From assembly GCA_035537875.1 (NCBI GenBank), contig DATLLJ010000002.1, forward strand, positions 104,283-168,282: a stretch of 64,000 bases of DNA. Direction: 5' to 3'. Source of the DNA: Vicinamibacterales bacterium (lineage in GTDB: Bacteria; Acidobacteriota; Vicinamibacteria; Vicinamibacterales; CAVVIG01). Positions 1 to 7,676 of the stretch are shown here, piece after piece (position 1 is the first letter of the stretch; each line of letters starts with the position of its first letter). Under the pieces are notes generated by a model. It saw nothing but the letters and a program-made list of their open reading frames with translations, searched no databases and was not told where the DNA came from. A program made the position numbers and the translations under genes.

Positions 1-474
1 TTCCTCGTGGCGCGCGGCGGCGGTGAAGTACCAGACCATCGCGCTGAGGATCAGGAGTCTCGCCACATTCATCGACATGACGGCGACCGAGGCGATCGCG
101 AGCAGATAGCTCGAGTAAAAGGGGTTTCTGATGTACGCATACGGTCCGGCTGTCCACATCGTGGCCGGCACGTCATCGCTGAAAATGTACGAGAAGTATT
201 GGCCACGAATCGAGCGCCGCGCCCACTCGAAGAGGGCGAGCGCGCAGGTCAGCCCGACCAATCCCGTGACGACCAGAGGTGAGCGCAGCGGGCCAGAGCG
301 ACCCCCGAAAAGGACCGCCAGGAACGACAGCGAGATCCCCTGCGATCGGAACGAAGGCGGCTTCCGGTCGACGATCGCGAACGTTCGGCTGGCGCCGACC
401 ACCATCCAGACGAAGACGCCCAGGGCGAGGCCGACGACGAAGGTGCGTGGATCGATGAGGCCATCCTCCCGCAG
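1..474 (-). CDS. ICMT/PEMT-family membrane methyltransferase (isoprenylcysteine carboxyl methyltransferase-like); 3' end runs off the left edge
   Basis: Absent from the ORF track because it has no stop inside the window. My own minus-strand translation is open from 519 to 1 and reads ...FVVGLALGVFVWMVVGASRTFAIVDRKP...LVVTGLVGLTCALALFEWARRSIRGQYFSY...TAGPYAYIRNPFYSSYLLAIASVAVM.... It shows hydrophobic helices and a GPYxxxRNPxY motif typical of ICMT/PEMT enzymes. The start is uncertain (ATG at 405 or CTG at 474). Confidence 0.6.
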   Translation of the reverse strand, partial: MREDGLIDPRTFVVGLALGVFVWMVVGASRTFAIVDRKPPSFRSQGISLSFLAVLFGGRSGPLRSPLVVTGLVGLTCALALFEWARRSIRGQYFSYIFSDDVPATMWTAGPYAYIRNPFYSSYLLAIASVAVMSMNVARLLILSAMVWYFTAAARHEE

Positions 475-526
475 CCTGGTCGGGGCGTCAAGCGTGGGAT
501 AATTATCCCGGAGCCCGGTTCATCTG

Positions 527-1273
527 ATGAAACGCACGGCGCGGCTGCTGCTCGTCCTGGGACTCGCCACTGCGACAACGGTCTCGGCATTCCAGGGATT
601 TCGCGGCGAGCCCTATCCCACCGACGTCGACTACGACGGCCGCTTCACCTTTCTGCGCCTGCGCTGGAAAGTCGGGTCGTTGCGATCAGGGAGCATGACC
701 AGCGCCTGGAATCACGATTATCCGCGGGCCGAGCAGCATCTCGCGCAGATCCTCAAGGAAGTGACGCTGCTCGACGCGCGGACGGACGGCGCCCGCGTTC
801 TGCACCTTGACGATCCCGAGCTGTTCAGGTATCCGATCGCCTACATGTGGGAACCTGGGTTCTGGACCATGACCGACGTGGAAGCCGTGCGGTTCCGCGA
901 GTATTTGCAGAAGGGCGGCTTCGCCATCTTCGATGACTTCGACACGGTCCACTGGACCAATTACGAAACACAGATGCGGCGCATCCTTCCAGAAGCCCAG
1001 TTCGTCGAGCTGGACGAGTCGAGCCCGGTGTTCGATTCGTTCTTTCGGATGGAGACGATCTACTTTCCATCTCCGGGCATGAGCATCAGGCCGACCTATT
1101 ACGGCATCTACGAGGACAACGATCCCACCAAACGATTGATGGTGATCGCCAACTACAATGCCGACGTGGCCGAGTACTGGGAGTGGTCTGCCGAAGGGTT
1201 CTTACCGGTCGACACGTCGAACGAGGCGTACAAGCTGGGAGTGAACTACATGATGTACGGCATGACGCACTAG
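527..1273 (+). CDS. DUF4159 domain-containing secreted protein
   Basis: 248-aa ORF with signal peptide MKRTARLLLVLGLATATTVSA. The motifs WNHDYPRAEQHL and FDDFD...W are typical of DUF4159. Confidence 0.75.
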   Translation: MKRTARLLLVLGLATATTVSAFQGFRGEPYPTDVDYDGRFTFLRLRWKVGSLRSGSMTSAWNHDYPRAEQHLAQILKEVTLLDARTDGARVLHLDDPELFRYPIAYMWEPGFWTMTDVEAVRFREYLQKGGFAIFDDFDTVHWTNYETQMRRILPEAQFVELDESSPVFDSFFRMETIYFPSPGMSIRPTYYGIYEDNDPTKRLMVIANYNADVAEYWEWSAEGFLPVDTSNEAYKLGVNYMMYGMTH

Positions 1274-1281
1274 ATCGATCG

Positions 1282-1339
1282 GCCACGAAATCACGAGAAC
1301 GAAGAGCATTCGCTTGTTTCTCTTTCGTGATTCCGTGGC
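1282..1339. terminator. Long imperfect hairpin between convergent genes (probable bidirectional terminator)
   Basis: GCCACGaAATCACGAGAA...TTCTCTTTCGTGATTcCGTGGC. The arms are complementary apart from small mismatches, and the hairpin lies 9 nt after the DUF4159 stop codon. Confidence 0.5.
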
Positions 1340-1478
1340 TTCGTGGCGGCCCGGTATGAGAGCGCTGCAAACGCTGGGGCTCCGCGCCGCGCGGCTCGTC
1401 GGCCACGCCCTCGTACTGAACCGTCCTCTCGTCTGCCTCCAGCGTCCCGCATGAACTCCAGCAGCGCGGCGGGCGTCA

Positions 1479-2003
1479 TCACCGGCCGGGTGAAAGCTTC
1501 TTCAGCACCTGAATCTGACCGGCGTGGTACAGGTCGTGCGCCGCAACACCGGACAGCAGCGAGACGTTGCTGACCTTGCTGCCCGGTGGGGTCTGTCTCA
1601 GACCCTTGGGCGACAGCCCTTTCACGGCTTCGCGCAGCAGACCGTGCATCTGGTCGAGCAGAAGCCGATCCGACCGCCAGGCCGCTTCGTTCGTCCCGTG
1701 TGGCATCGGCCGCGGAAACCAGTTCGACCCTTTGATCGGAAAGGATCCGCGCGTGCGACCGGTGAGACGACGCCATGCCGCGTACTTCCAGTAGGCGGCG
1801 TGAACGGTGAGTTCCCAGATGTTGTGGCGACCCGGGGCCGGTCGCCACGCCGCCTGCTTCGCGCTCACGCGCCGGATCGAGCCGCGCAGGTTCGTGCCAT
1901 GCCACGACACGTGGTCGTAAGCCTGATCGAGAATCGCCAGGAGGAGGGCCGTCTCGCCGGACGGCGCGGACGCCGACCCAGCCGCCACGGTCGCGCCGCT
2001 CAC
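1479..2003 (-). CDS. DinB family protein
   Basis: ORF 1479..2054. Family features include WHGTNL..., HAAYWKY and a C-terminal HDLYHAGQI. The likely start is GTG at 2003, forming a GTGA overlap with the upstream stop at 2000-2002. Confidence 0.75.
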   Translation of the reverse strand: MSGATVAAGSASAPSGETALLLAILDQAYDHVSWHGTNLRGSIRRVSAKQAAWRPAPGRHNIWELTVHAAYWKYAAWRRLTGRTRGSFPIKGSNWFPRPMPHGTNEAAWRSDRLLLDQMHGLLREAVKGLSPKGLRQTPPGSKVSNVSLLSGVAAHDLYHAGQIQVLKKLSPGR

Positions 2004-2404
2004 GCGGGCAGCTCCTGAGGCTCTGACGTGAGCGTCCGCCACACGATTTTCCACCCGTCCCCGGTTCGGGCGAACACCAGGATGTCGAAGCCCTTCTCAC
2101 TGTAGGTCGTGCCCTCAATCTCGTACACGATACCGAACGGGCAGACCGCGACGGCTGTATCGTCGATCACATCGACGCGGGGCGTACCTGGCGAGAACTG
2201 CGTGGTGTTGGCGACCTCCGAGTACTGACGGAACGAGGCCACGTAAGCGGCGCGGCCCATTACCCGGGCATCCTGCCCCGGTGGCGCCATCACGACGTGG
2301 TCGGCGACGTACTGGCCGATCGCGTCGTAATTTCCCCCACGCCACGCGTCGTTGATCGCCGCCACGATCCGCCGGATTTCACGAACATCTTCCATACGCC
2401 GCAA
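2000..2404 (-). CDS. SnoaL-like / NTF2-fold (DUF4440-like) protein
   Basis: 134 aa. The segment IRRIVAAINDAWRGGNYDAIGQYVADHVVM...GWKIVW is typical of the NTF2-like SnoaL/DUF4440 fold. Confidence 0.7.
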   Translation of the reverse strand: MRRMEDVREIRRIVAAINDAWRGGNYDAIGQYVADHVVMAPPGQDARVMGRAAYVASFRQYSEVANTTQFSPGTPRVDVIDDTAVAVCPFGIVYEIEGTTYSEKGFDILVFARTGDGWKIVWRTLTSEPQELPA

Positions 2405-2426
2405 CCACGGTGGACAGCTCTGAATG

Positions 2427-2466
2427 CGACGAGGGCGGCCCGCACCGAAGAGAGCCGCCCTCGTTG
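2427..2466 (-). terminator. Stem-loop downstream of the 2487 gene
   Basis: ACGAGGGCGGC (2429-2439) pairs perfectly with GCCGCCCTCGT (2454-2464) around a 14-nt loop. It lies 20 nt downstream of the stop at 2487. Confidence 0.55.
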
Positions 2467-2486
2467 TCGATAGGGATGCCGTGAGA

Positions 2487-3113
2487 CTACTTGGCCAACG
2501 CGAGCCCGTCGACCATGACCTCGAGGCGGTGGTTCACGCGGAAACCATAGAGCCCATCGGTCTTGGCCGTCGCGCCGCTCTTCGGGGTGGAATGCACCAC
2601 GGTGCCGTTGACGACGTAGTCAACCTTGTCGGCCTGCACCCGCACTTCGAGCGCGTTGACGGAACTGCCATTGGCCCCGGGCTTCCGCACGGCGGCGTTG
2701 ACGTTCCGGGCGACGTCGTTCGTCGTGGCGTCACCCGCCCGCTGTTTGATGAGATAGCTCCCATCCTGTGCCACCAGGAAATAGATGTAGGTCTGCTGCG
2801 GCCCGTCCAGACTGCTGCCGCCGAACACGAGGCCGTAATAGTTCGTGTGGTCGCTCGGTTTGACGAGCGTGAAGTTCCCTTTCAGCGTGTAGTTTCCCGC
2901 TGCGTTGTTGGCCGGGTTCCAGTACACGGCGGCCTGCGGGTTGATGGCGTGGAACCCGGAGCCCATGGCCATGAACTGAACATTGCCCGCCGCATCAGGA
3001 TCTGACGCGGTGGTGCTCCGATCGATGCGCAGCTTCCAGCCTTTTGTGGTCTGCGCAGCCAGCGGAACCGTGATGAGCAGAGCGATTGCAGCGAAATATG
3101 CGAAACGTTTCAT
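2487..3113 (-). CDS. Secreted ConA/LamG-like jelly-roll protein (DUF1080-like)
   Basis: ORF 2487..3191. The plausible start is MKRFAYFAAIALLITVPLAAQ at 3113 (signal peptide). The body is beta-rich (YGLVFGG...YIYFLV..DGSY...VNGTVVH...GLYGFRVNH). The family assignment is tentative. Confidence 0.55.
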   Translation of the reverse strand: MKRFAYFAAIALLITVPLAAQTTKGWKLRIDRSTTASDPDAAGNVQFMAMGSGFHAINPQAAVYWNPANNAAGNYTLKGNFTLVKPSDHTNYYGLVFGGSSLDGPQQTYIYFLVAQDGSYLIKQRAGDATTNDVARNVNAAVRKPGANGSSVNALEVRVQADKVDYVVNGTVVHSTPKSGATAKTDGLYGFRVNHRLEVMVDGLALAK

Positions 3114-3187
3114 ATCCAAGCTCCTCGGTAACAGATCCATTCGATGATACCCCGTGCCACAAAAGGGGTCGTACCCCTTTTTTCGGT

Positions 3188-3763
3188 TCATGCGGGTGGT
3201 TCCGCGAGTGCCCGCCAGGCCTGTTCCGCCTGCCAGAGGTGGCGATGCTCATGGCGCGGCAGGATCGTCAGCGCGGCAAAGAGGTTGTACTTCAGCCGCG
3301 CGTTGAACGGCGACGGGATCTTGACCCGATCGATCGGCAGACCGTCCGCATTGTTGACGCGAGCGAGCAACTCACGCTGCAGCCGCTCGAATTGGGCAAC
3401 AAGCTCTGTCGGCGCCTCCTCACCTGAGGGCACGAATGCCGCCGTCGTTCTCGTCCGTATCCGCGCCGGCGGCCCCATCGTCTTCCACAGCAGCCACCCC
3501 GCGAGATCCCGATGGAAGCGGCCAGGTGCCGGGCCACCGCTCGTTCGGGCCCGGGCGAGACCGTCGTCCAGCAGCGGCAGGTAGGCGCGCGAGGTCAGGT
3601 TCAGGTGCGCAATGCATTCTGCGACCGACCACCGTGCCGGATCGGGGCGGCGCGACCAGGCCGGCTCGGGAACGTCAGCGATGAGCCAGCGGAGACGGTC
3701 GCTGGCCGCGTCGAACTCGTCACAGATGGCACGAAGCTGCGGATGGAGAGCGGTATCCCCCAC
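3188..3763 (-). CDS. DinB family protein
   Basis: This is the C-terminal 192 codons of ORF 3188..3994. Family features include WSVAECIAHLNLTSRAYL...LPRHEHRHLWQAEQA. The GTG at 3763 overlaps the upstream TAG by 1 nt (TAGTG). The upstream part of the long ORF overlaps the 3763..4578 gene and is not credible. Confidence 0.7.
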   Translation of the reverse strand: MGDTALHPQLRAICDEFDAASDRLRWLIADVPEPAWSRRPDPARWSVAECIAHLNLTSRAYLPLLDDGLARARTSGGPAPGRFHRDLAGWLLWKTMGPPARIRTRTTAAFVPSGEEAPTELVAQFERLQRELLARVNNADGLPIDRVKIPSPFNARLKYNLFAALTILPRHEHRHLWQAEQAWRALAEPPA

Positions 3764-4578
3764 TACTGAATCTTCACGCGCTTCCCGAACTGCTGGTTCT
3801 CGTTGCAGATGAACTCGATGAGATCCGAGCCGTCCGGCAGCAGCCGCTCGTCGATTCTCACCGTGAACGGACGTGTGTAGGCCTTCGCATCGTTGACCGT
3901 CAACTCGATGTCGATCTGCCCGTAGTTCACCCGCCGGATTCGCTCCGACACCGTGGCCGCATCGGTGATCGGGCTGCCCCTCGCGTCGAGCCACCCGCCG
4001 TCTCGGTAGTTGTTGGTTTCAACGAGCAGGGTGTCGCCATCCCATCGCCCTACTGAATACCCGAACCAGTTCGGCTGCGGATCTCCCATCGGCGGGAGCG
4101 AACGGCCGTCGGTGTAGATGGTGCGGATGCCGTAGTTCGTCTCATAGATGATGTAGACCGCTCGAGGGGTCTGGACGATCTTGAACGGCTGCGGATCCAG
4201 GTGAAGCTGCAGCGTGCTCTCCGGAAGACAGAGACCATCCGGGTTTTCCTTGCTGAACTCCCCGGATCGCTTTCTCTGGAGCTCTCTTGCCCACCCCTGG
4301 AACGGCAGGTCGTCCTTGAAGCCGATGCCCGTGTTGCCGAACCGCGCCAGCGGCGGCCGCCCCGGGTCGCCGGTGGGATCGCCGAGCGCCTCCGCCTGCC
4401 ACACGCCGGACAAATCCGGCCTGCCGTCGGCGGTTCGAGGCGCCGGCGCGGTCAGATTCAGCGTGCCGGCCGGCGTTCGGGGTGCGTTCGCGTAGGGATA
4501 CAGCGGCCACTGAGCGGACAGCGTTGTCGTCAGCGCGGCCGTCGCCGCGACCACCGAGACCGGGAACGAGCGCTTCAT
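3763..4578 (-). CDS. Secreted conserved hypothetical protein
   Basis: 271 aa with signal peptide MKRSFPVSVVAATAALTTTLSAQ. It has ordinary protein-like composition (YSVGRWDGDTLLVETNNY...). I do not recognise a named domain. Confidence 0.7.
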   Translation of the reverse strand: MKRSFPVSVVAATAALTTTLSAQWPLYPYANAPRTPAGTLNLTAPAPRTADGRPDLSGVWQAEALGDPTGDPGRPPLARFGNTGIGFKDDLPFQGWARELQRKRSGEFSKENPDGLCLPESTLQLHLDPQPFKIVQTPRAVYIIYETNYGIRTIYTDGRSLPPMGDPQPNWFGYSVGRWDGDTLLVETNNYRDGGWLDARGSPITDAATVSERIRRVNYGQIDIELTVNDAKAYTRPFTVRIDERLLPDGSDLIEFICNENQQFGKRVKIQ

Positions 4579-4701
4579 GCCGTCCTCCTTGCTCAGGCTG
4601 GCATCCTGTCTAGGCCGGGGCTCCGCCCCGGACCCCGGCTCGGTCGCTTGCGGGGCCCACGCCCCGCTCCCTCGCGTGCGCGCTCTGCGCGCCAGCGGCG
4701 G

Positions 4702-4840
4702 TCAGCCGGCCTTCAGTCGCTGCGCACCATCGATTCTGCCCAGGCCGCGGTCGAACGTCCCAAGCGGAAAGTGTCCCGCCGTCCGAGCGACCTCCACCAT
4801 GAGACAATCGGCGACGTTGGTGTCAACGGCCCGTATGACG
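4702..4840 (-). pseudogene. Internally deleted PIN-domain (VapC-like) toxin remnant
   Basis: My translation of the frame overlapping the antitoxin stop gives ..IRAVDTNVADCLMVEVARTAGHFPLGTFDRGLGRIDGAQRLKAG*. The PIN N-terminal signature (DTNV) is joined directly to a PIN C-terminal signature (A..aG..l.T.D..f.ri.g). About 90 codons of core are missing. Confidence 0.5.
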
Positions 4841-5083
4841 CTTCTTGATGTACCGACGGATGCCGTTTTTCATCTCTTCGGTGGTTCGCCGTCTTGGCGT
4901 CTTCGAGAACAGAACGTGATGAATGTCGTCGGACGAGTATCGACCGGCCTTCCGTACGATGACCCGGTCACCATCCTCATCCCACTCGAGCACCGAGCCC
5001 GGACCAACGCCCAACCGCTGGCGCATCTTCGCGGGAACCGAGACCTGGCCTTGAGCCGTGACCTTCGAATGCGCGAGCGCCAT
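4823..5083 (-). CDS. AbrB/MazE/SpoVT-family antitoxin (VapB-like)
   Basis: 86 aa. The N-terminal segment KVTAQGQVSVPAKMRQRLGVGPGSVLEW is the swapped-hairpin AbrB/SpoVT DNA-binding motif. Confidence 0.75.
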   Translation of the reverse strand: MALAHSKVTAQGQVSVPAKMRQRLGVGPGSVLEWDEDGDRVIVRKAGRYSSDDIHHVLFSKTPRRRTTEEMKNGIRRYIKKRHTGR

Positions 5084-5091
5084 GAATCCAA

Positions 5092-5105
5092 ATTACCACG
5101 GTAAT
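5092..5105. promoter_or_regulatory. Palindrome ATTACCacGGTAAT just upstream of the antitoxin start (possible operator)
   Basis: A perfect 6-2-6 inverted repeat lies 9 nt upstream of the ATG at 5083, inside a locally AT-richer stretch. Confidence 0.3.
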
Positions 5106-5254
5106 GAGCGCGATGGATTCGTGCCTGTCCGACGTCACCCGACCAATCTCACAAATCCCGCCACAAAGACAGGAAATCACGGAAGAAAACCAAACGAATG
5201 CTTCGTGTTTGTGAGATGCCCAGACAACGTGTCCGGCGGCGAGGCGCCCCTGCG

Positions 5255-6637
5255 TTAATTCGCCGATCCGCCCGTCGCCCACATCTGCCTCAGACGCTCA
5301 CGATCGACACGCCTCCCCCGCAGGTACACCTCCGAGATCCGTCGCGTGTTCCGGATGTCGTCGAGCGGGTTGGCGTCGAGGACGACGAAGTCGGCGCTCT
5401 TGCCCGGAGCAACCATCCCGAGATCGTCCTGTCCGAGAATCTCCGCCGACGTCCTGGTCGCCGCCACCAGCACCTTCGCCGGCGGGATGCCCGCCATCAC
5501 CATGTTCTCGAGCTCCGCATGCATCGTCCACCCGATGAACTGATCGCCCTGCTGGCCGCCGCCGTCGGTGCCGACGCCGATCTTCACGCCGGCCTCGCTC
5601 AGCCGCCTGATGCCGCGCGCGAGGCGATCCCAGGTCTCCTGCGCCCGCGCGAGCTGCTCGGGATTCCGGATGGGGAAGCGGCCCTGGAGGCGCTCGATCT
5701 GCTCGGGCCTCACGGTCTCGAGAATGAGCGGATGCACGGGATCGAGCCACGGCGCGTAGACCGCGCGACGGGGACCGCCGAGCGCCGACAGCACCCCCAC
5801 ATTCGGATGCTCTTTGAACAGCGCCACCAGCTCGTCGTCCACGTCGCTGATCATGTGCGCGAAGACGTCGATGCCGGCGCGCAGCAGGTCCTTCGCCACC
5901 TTCAGATCTGTCGCGTGGACGGCGACGCGAAGACCGTTCTTGTGCGCTTCGTCGAAGATCGCCGTGTAGAGATCGGGCGTGAGCGGTTTGATGGCGCCGC
6001 CGCGATCGTCCACCCACGTCTTGACCAGCTTGACCTTCCGCGGCACGAGCTCCTGCACCGAGGCGCGGGCGCCAGCCGCGGTCGTGATCGGAAACGCAGC
6101 CTGACGCATGTTGTCGGGACTGATTTCATCGAGCGGCGAGAGCCCGCGTCCTGCCGTGAGAAATCGCGCGGCGTCGGGGTGCGTGCCCGACATGATCTCG
6201 TCACGAATCTGGAACGGCAGCTCGCCGAAATCGCTCCCCATCGCCTGACTCGCGGCCACGCCGAAGTACGCGAAGCGGTACATGTGATCGAGGATGTTCT
6301 CGCGGGTGTAGTTCATCGCCCCGCTCGTGATGTTCTTCATGTAGCCGATGTGGGAGTGCCCGTCGACGAGCGCAGGAATCACGGTCTTGCCGGTCAGATC
6401 GACGCGCGTCGCGCCAGCCGGAGCCGGCACCTCTCCGCGGCGTCCGACCCGCGTGAAGCCACCGTTCTCCACGAGGAACGCCGAGCTCTCGATTGGCGCA
6501 GCGCCATCGCCGGTGATGAGACGGGCGCCCTCGTAGAGGACCGGTGGAGGAGCCGCCCCTCTCTGGGCTGATGCGGGCGCCAGCGCGGCCGCGGCGAGGA
6601 GCAGGCCACCGACGATCGGAAGTGTCAGCCGGCGCAT
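5255..6637 (-). CDS. Secreted amidohydrolase-family metallohydrolase
   Basis: 460 aa with signal peptide MRRLTLPIVGGLLLAAAALAPASAQ. It has the metal-binding motif ALVDGHSHIG and a C-terminal GVGTDGG...ADFVVLDANPL typical of the amidohydrolase superfamily. Confidence 0.85.
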   Translation of the reverse strand: MRRLTLPIVGGLLLAAAALAPASAQRGAAPPPVLYEGARLITGDGAAPIESSAFLVENGGFTRVGRRGEVPAPAGATRVDLTGKTVIPALVDGHSHIGYMKNITSGAMNYTRENILDHMYRFAYFGVAASQAMGSDFGELPFQIRDEIMSGTHPDAARFLTAGRGLSPLDEISPDNMRQAAFPITTAAGARASVQELVPRKVKLVKTWVDDRGGAIKPLTPDLYTAIFDEAHKNGLRVAVHATDLKVAKDLLRAGIDVFAHMISDVDDELVALFKEHPNVGVLSALGGPRRAVYAPWLDPVHPLILETVRPEQIERLQGRFPIRNPEQLARAQETWDRLARGIRRLSEAGVKIGVGTDGGGQQGDQFIGWTMHAELENMVMAGIPPAKVLVAATRTSAEILGQDDLGMVAPGKSADFVVLDANPLDDIRNTRRISEVYLRGRRVDRERLRQMWATGGSAN

Positions 6638-6793
6638 GAGCCCTCCTGGCGTGCAACACGGAGCGGGACAGGCAGCATCCTAGCACCGAGTCGGAGGTCA
6701 ATCGAGAGTCATCGTCACATTCGAGACGATAACAACGTCAGGGCCGTCTGGCGGTTGCATCAGCAGCTGTTCACAGGGCTGGTGTTTTTCCGA

Positions 6794-7216
6794 CTAGCGG
6801 CGGGTGATCGGCGACAACACCGTGAACCTGCCGCGGCGCGGCAGCCTGTAGATAGCGAAGTGGCGGTCGAAGGTGACGATGCGCGTGAGCCCCTCGCGCT
6901 CGGCGGCGCAGACGAGTGCGGCATCGGCGAAATCCATGGGCACGTCGTGGTACTTCTGCATCAGTTGTTTGATGCGCGCCACGTCGGGTGCATCCAGGGC
7001 GATCAATTTCAGAATGCCATCGGCCACCATGTCGCACAGCGCCTCCGGTCCACGCCAGCCGTCAGCCAGCAGGTGCATCGCTTCAGTCAGCGCGGGCCAC
7101 ACCGTCACGAGCGGCTCACGAATCCTTTTCAACGTCTCGACACAGCGCTCGTGCGCGGCATCGTCGCGGTCGAGGAGCGCGATGAGGGCGCTCGCGTCAA
7201 CGAGGACGTCGCGCAC
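6794..7216 (-). CDS. vapC: PIN-domain ribonuclease toxin VapC
   Basis: 140 aa. It begins MRDVLVDASALIALLDRDD and ends ...FADAALVCAAEREGLTRIVTFDRHF, the canonical PIN acidic residues and layout. It overlaps the upstream antitoxin by 20 nt. Confidence 0.85.
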   Translation of the reverse strand: MRDVLVDASALIALLDRDDAAHERCVETLKRIREPLVTVWPALTEAMHLLADGWRGPEALCDMVADGILKLIALDAPDVARIKQLMQKYHDVPMDFADAALVCAAEREGLTRIVTFDRHFAIYRLPRRGRFTVLSPITRR

Positions 7217-7472
7217 GATGCTTTCGTTGCAGCAGTGCCCGATATTTCGCGTGGGTCTGCTTCGAGTAATTCGCGCCGCCGGTGCTGATGGTGCCGATGA
7301 AGGGTTTCAGGCGGTCGAAGGCGGACTCGCCAGGTGCAGGGACCGCGTCACGGTCTGGCGCGTACTGCGCCACCGCCTCGCGCACGACTGCTGATTTCGA
7401 TCGGCCGGTGGCGGCGGTGAGCTTGCGGATCCTGGCTTCGGTGTCGGGATCCAGGCGCAGGCTGAAAGGCAT
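7197..7472 (-). CDS. vapB: Ribbon-helix-helix (CopG-type) antitoxin VapB
   Basis: 91 aa. The segment FSLRLDPDTEARIRKLTAATGRSKSAVVREAV is an RHH motif, and the gene lies directly upstream of vapC. Confidence 0.8.
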   Translation of the reverse strand: MPFSLRLDPDTEARIRKLTAATGRSKSAVVREAVAQYAPDRDAVPAPGESAFDRLKPFIGTISTGGANYSKQTHAKYRALLQRKHRARRPR

Positions 7473-7478
7473 CGAGAT

Positions 7479-7498
7479 GTCCTACATCATAGTAGGAC
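7479..7498. promoter_or_regulatory. Perfect inverted repeat GTCCTAC-atcata-GTAGGAC upstream of vapB (probable operator)
   Basis: A 7-6-7 palindrome lies 7-26 nt upstream of the vapB ATG (7472). Its proximal half overlaps the AGGA Shine-Dalgarno sequence. Confidence 0.45.
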
Positions 7499-7676
7499 AC
7501 TGACGATTACGCGGTCAAGGTGGCGGCCAATGAGGCCCGCAATCCGCCCCAGCCCCGCTGAACGTCATCACCCTCATGCCCGAGGGTCGCTCTGGATACA
7601 CGCGCCGACCTCTCCCAGCCGGGGCGCGGCCCACCTGTGAGCCGCGTCCGGGGCTGGCGGCCGACGGTGAGTCGAA

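Noticed and set aside
249-590. The 113-aa minus-strand ORF and the 91-aa and 123-aa plus-strand ORFs at the left edge.
   Set aside because: A different minus-strand frame, open to the window edge, encodes a convincing ICMT-like membrane protein. The listed ORFs are Ser/Arg/Pro-rich.
5198-6571. Long antisense ORFs opposite real genes. Examples are 5198..6571+, 17069..18070+, 19582..20736+, 22094..23218-, 23347..24675+, 25458..26570-, 30989..32263+, 36215..37564+, 36831..38258-, 38482..39978+, 40560..41795+, 47800..48945+, 48515..50353-, 52446..54197+ and 61893..63383+.
   Set aside because: Their products are Arg/Gly/Pro/Ala-rich and low in complexity, with no recognisable motifs. Each lies exactly opposite a gene with clear family signatures. 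Such shadow ORFs are typical of GC-rich DNA.
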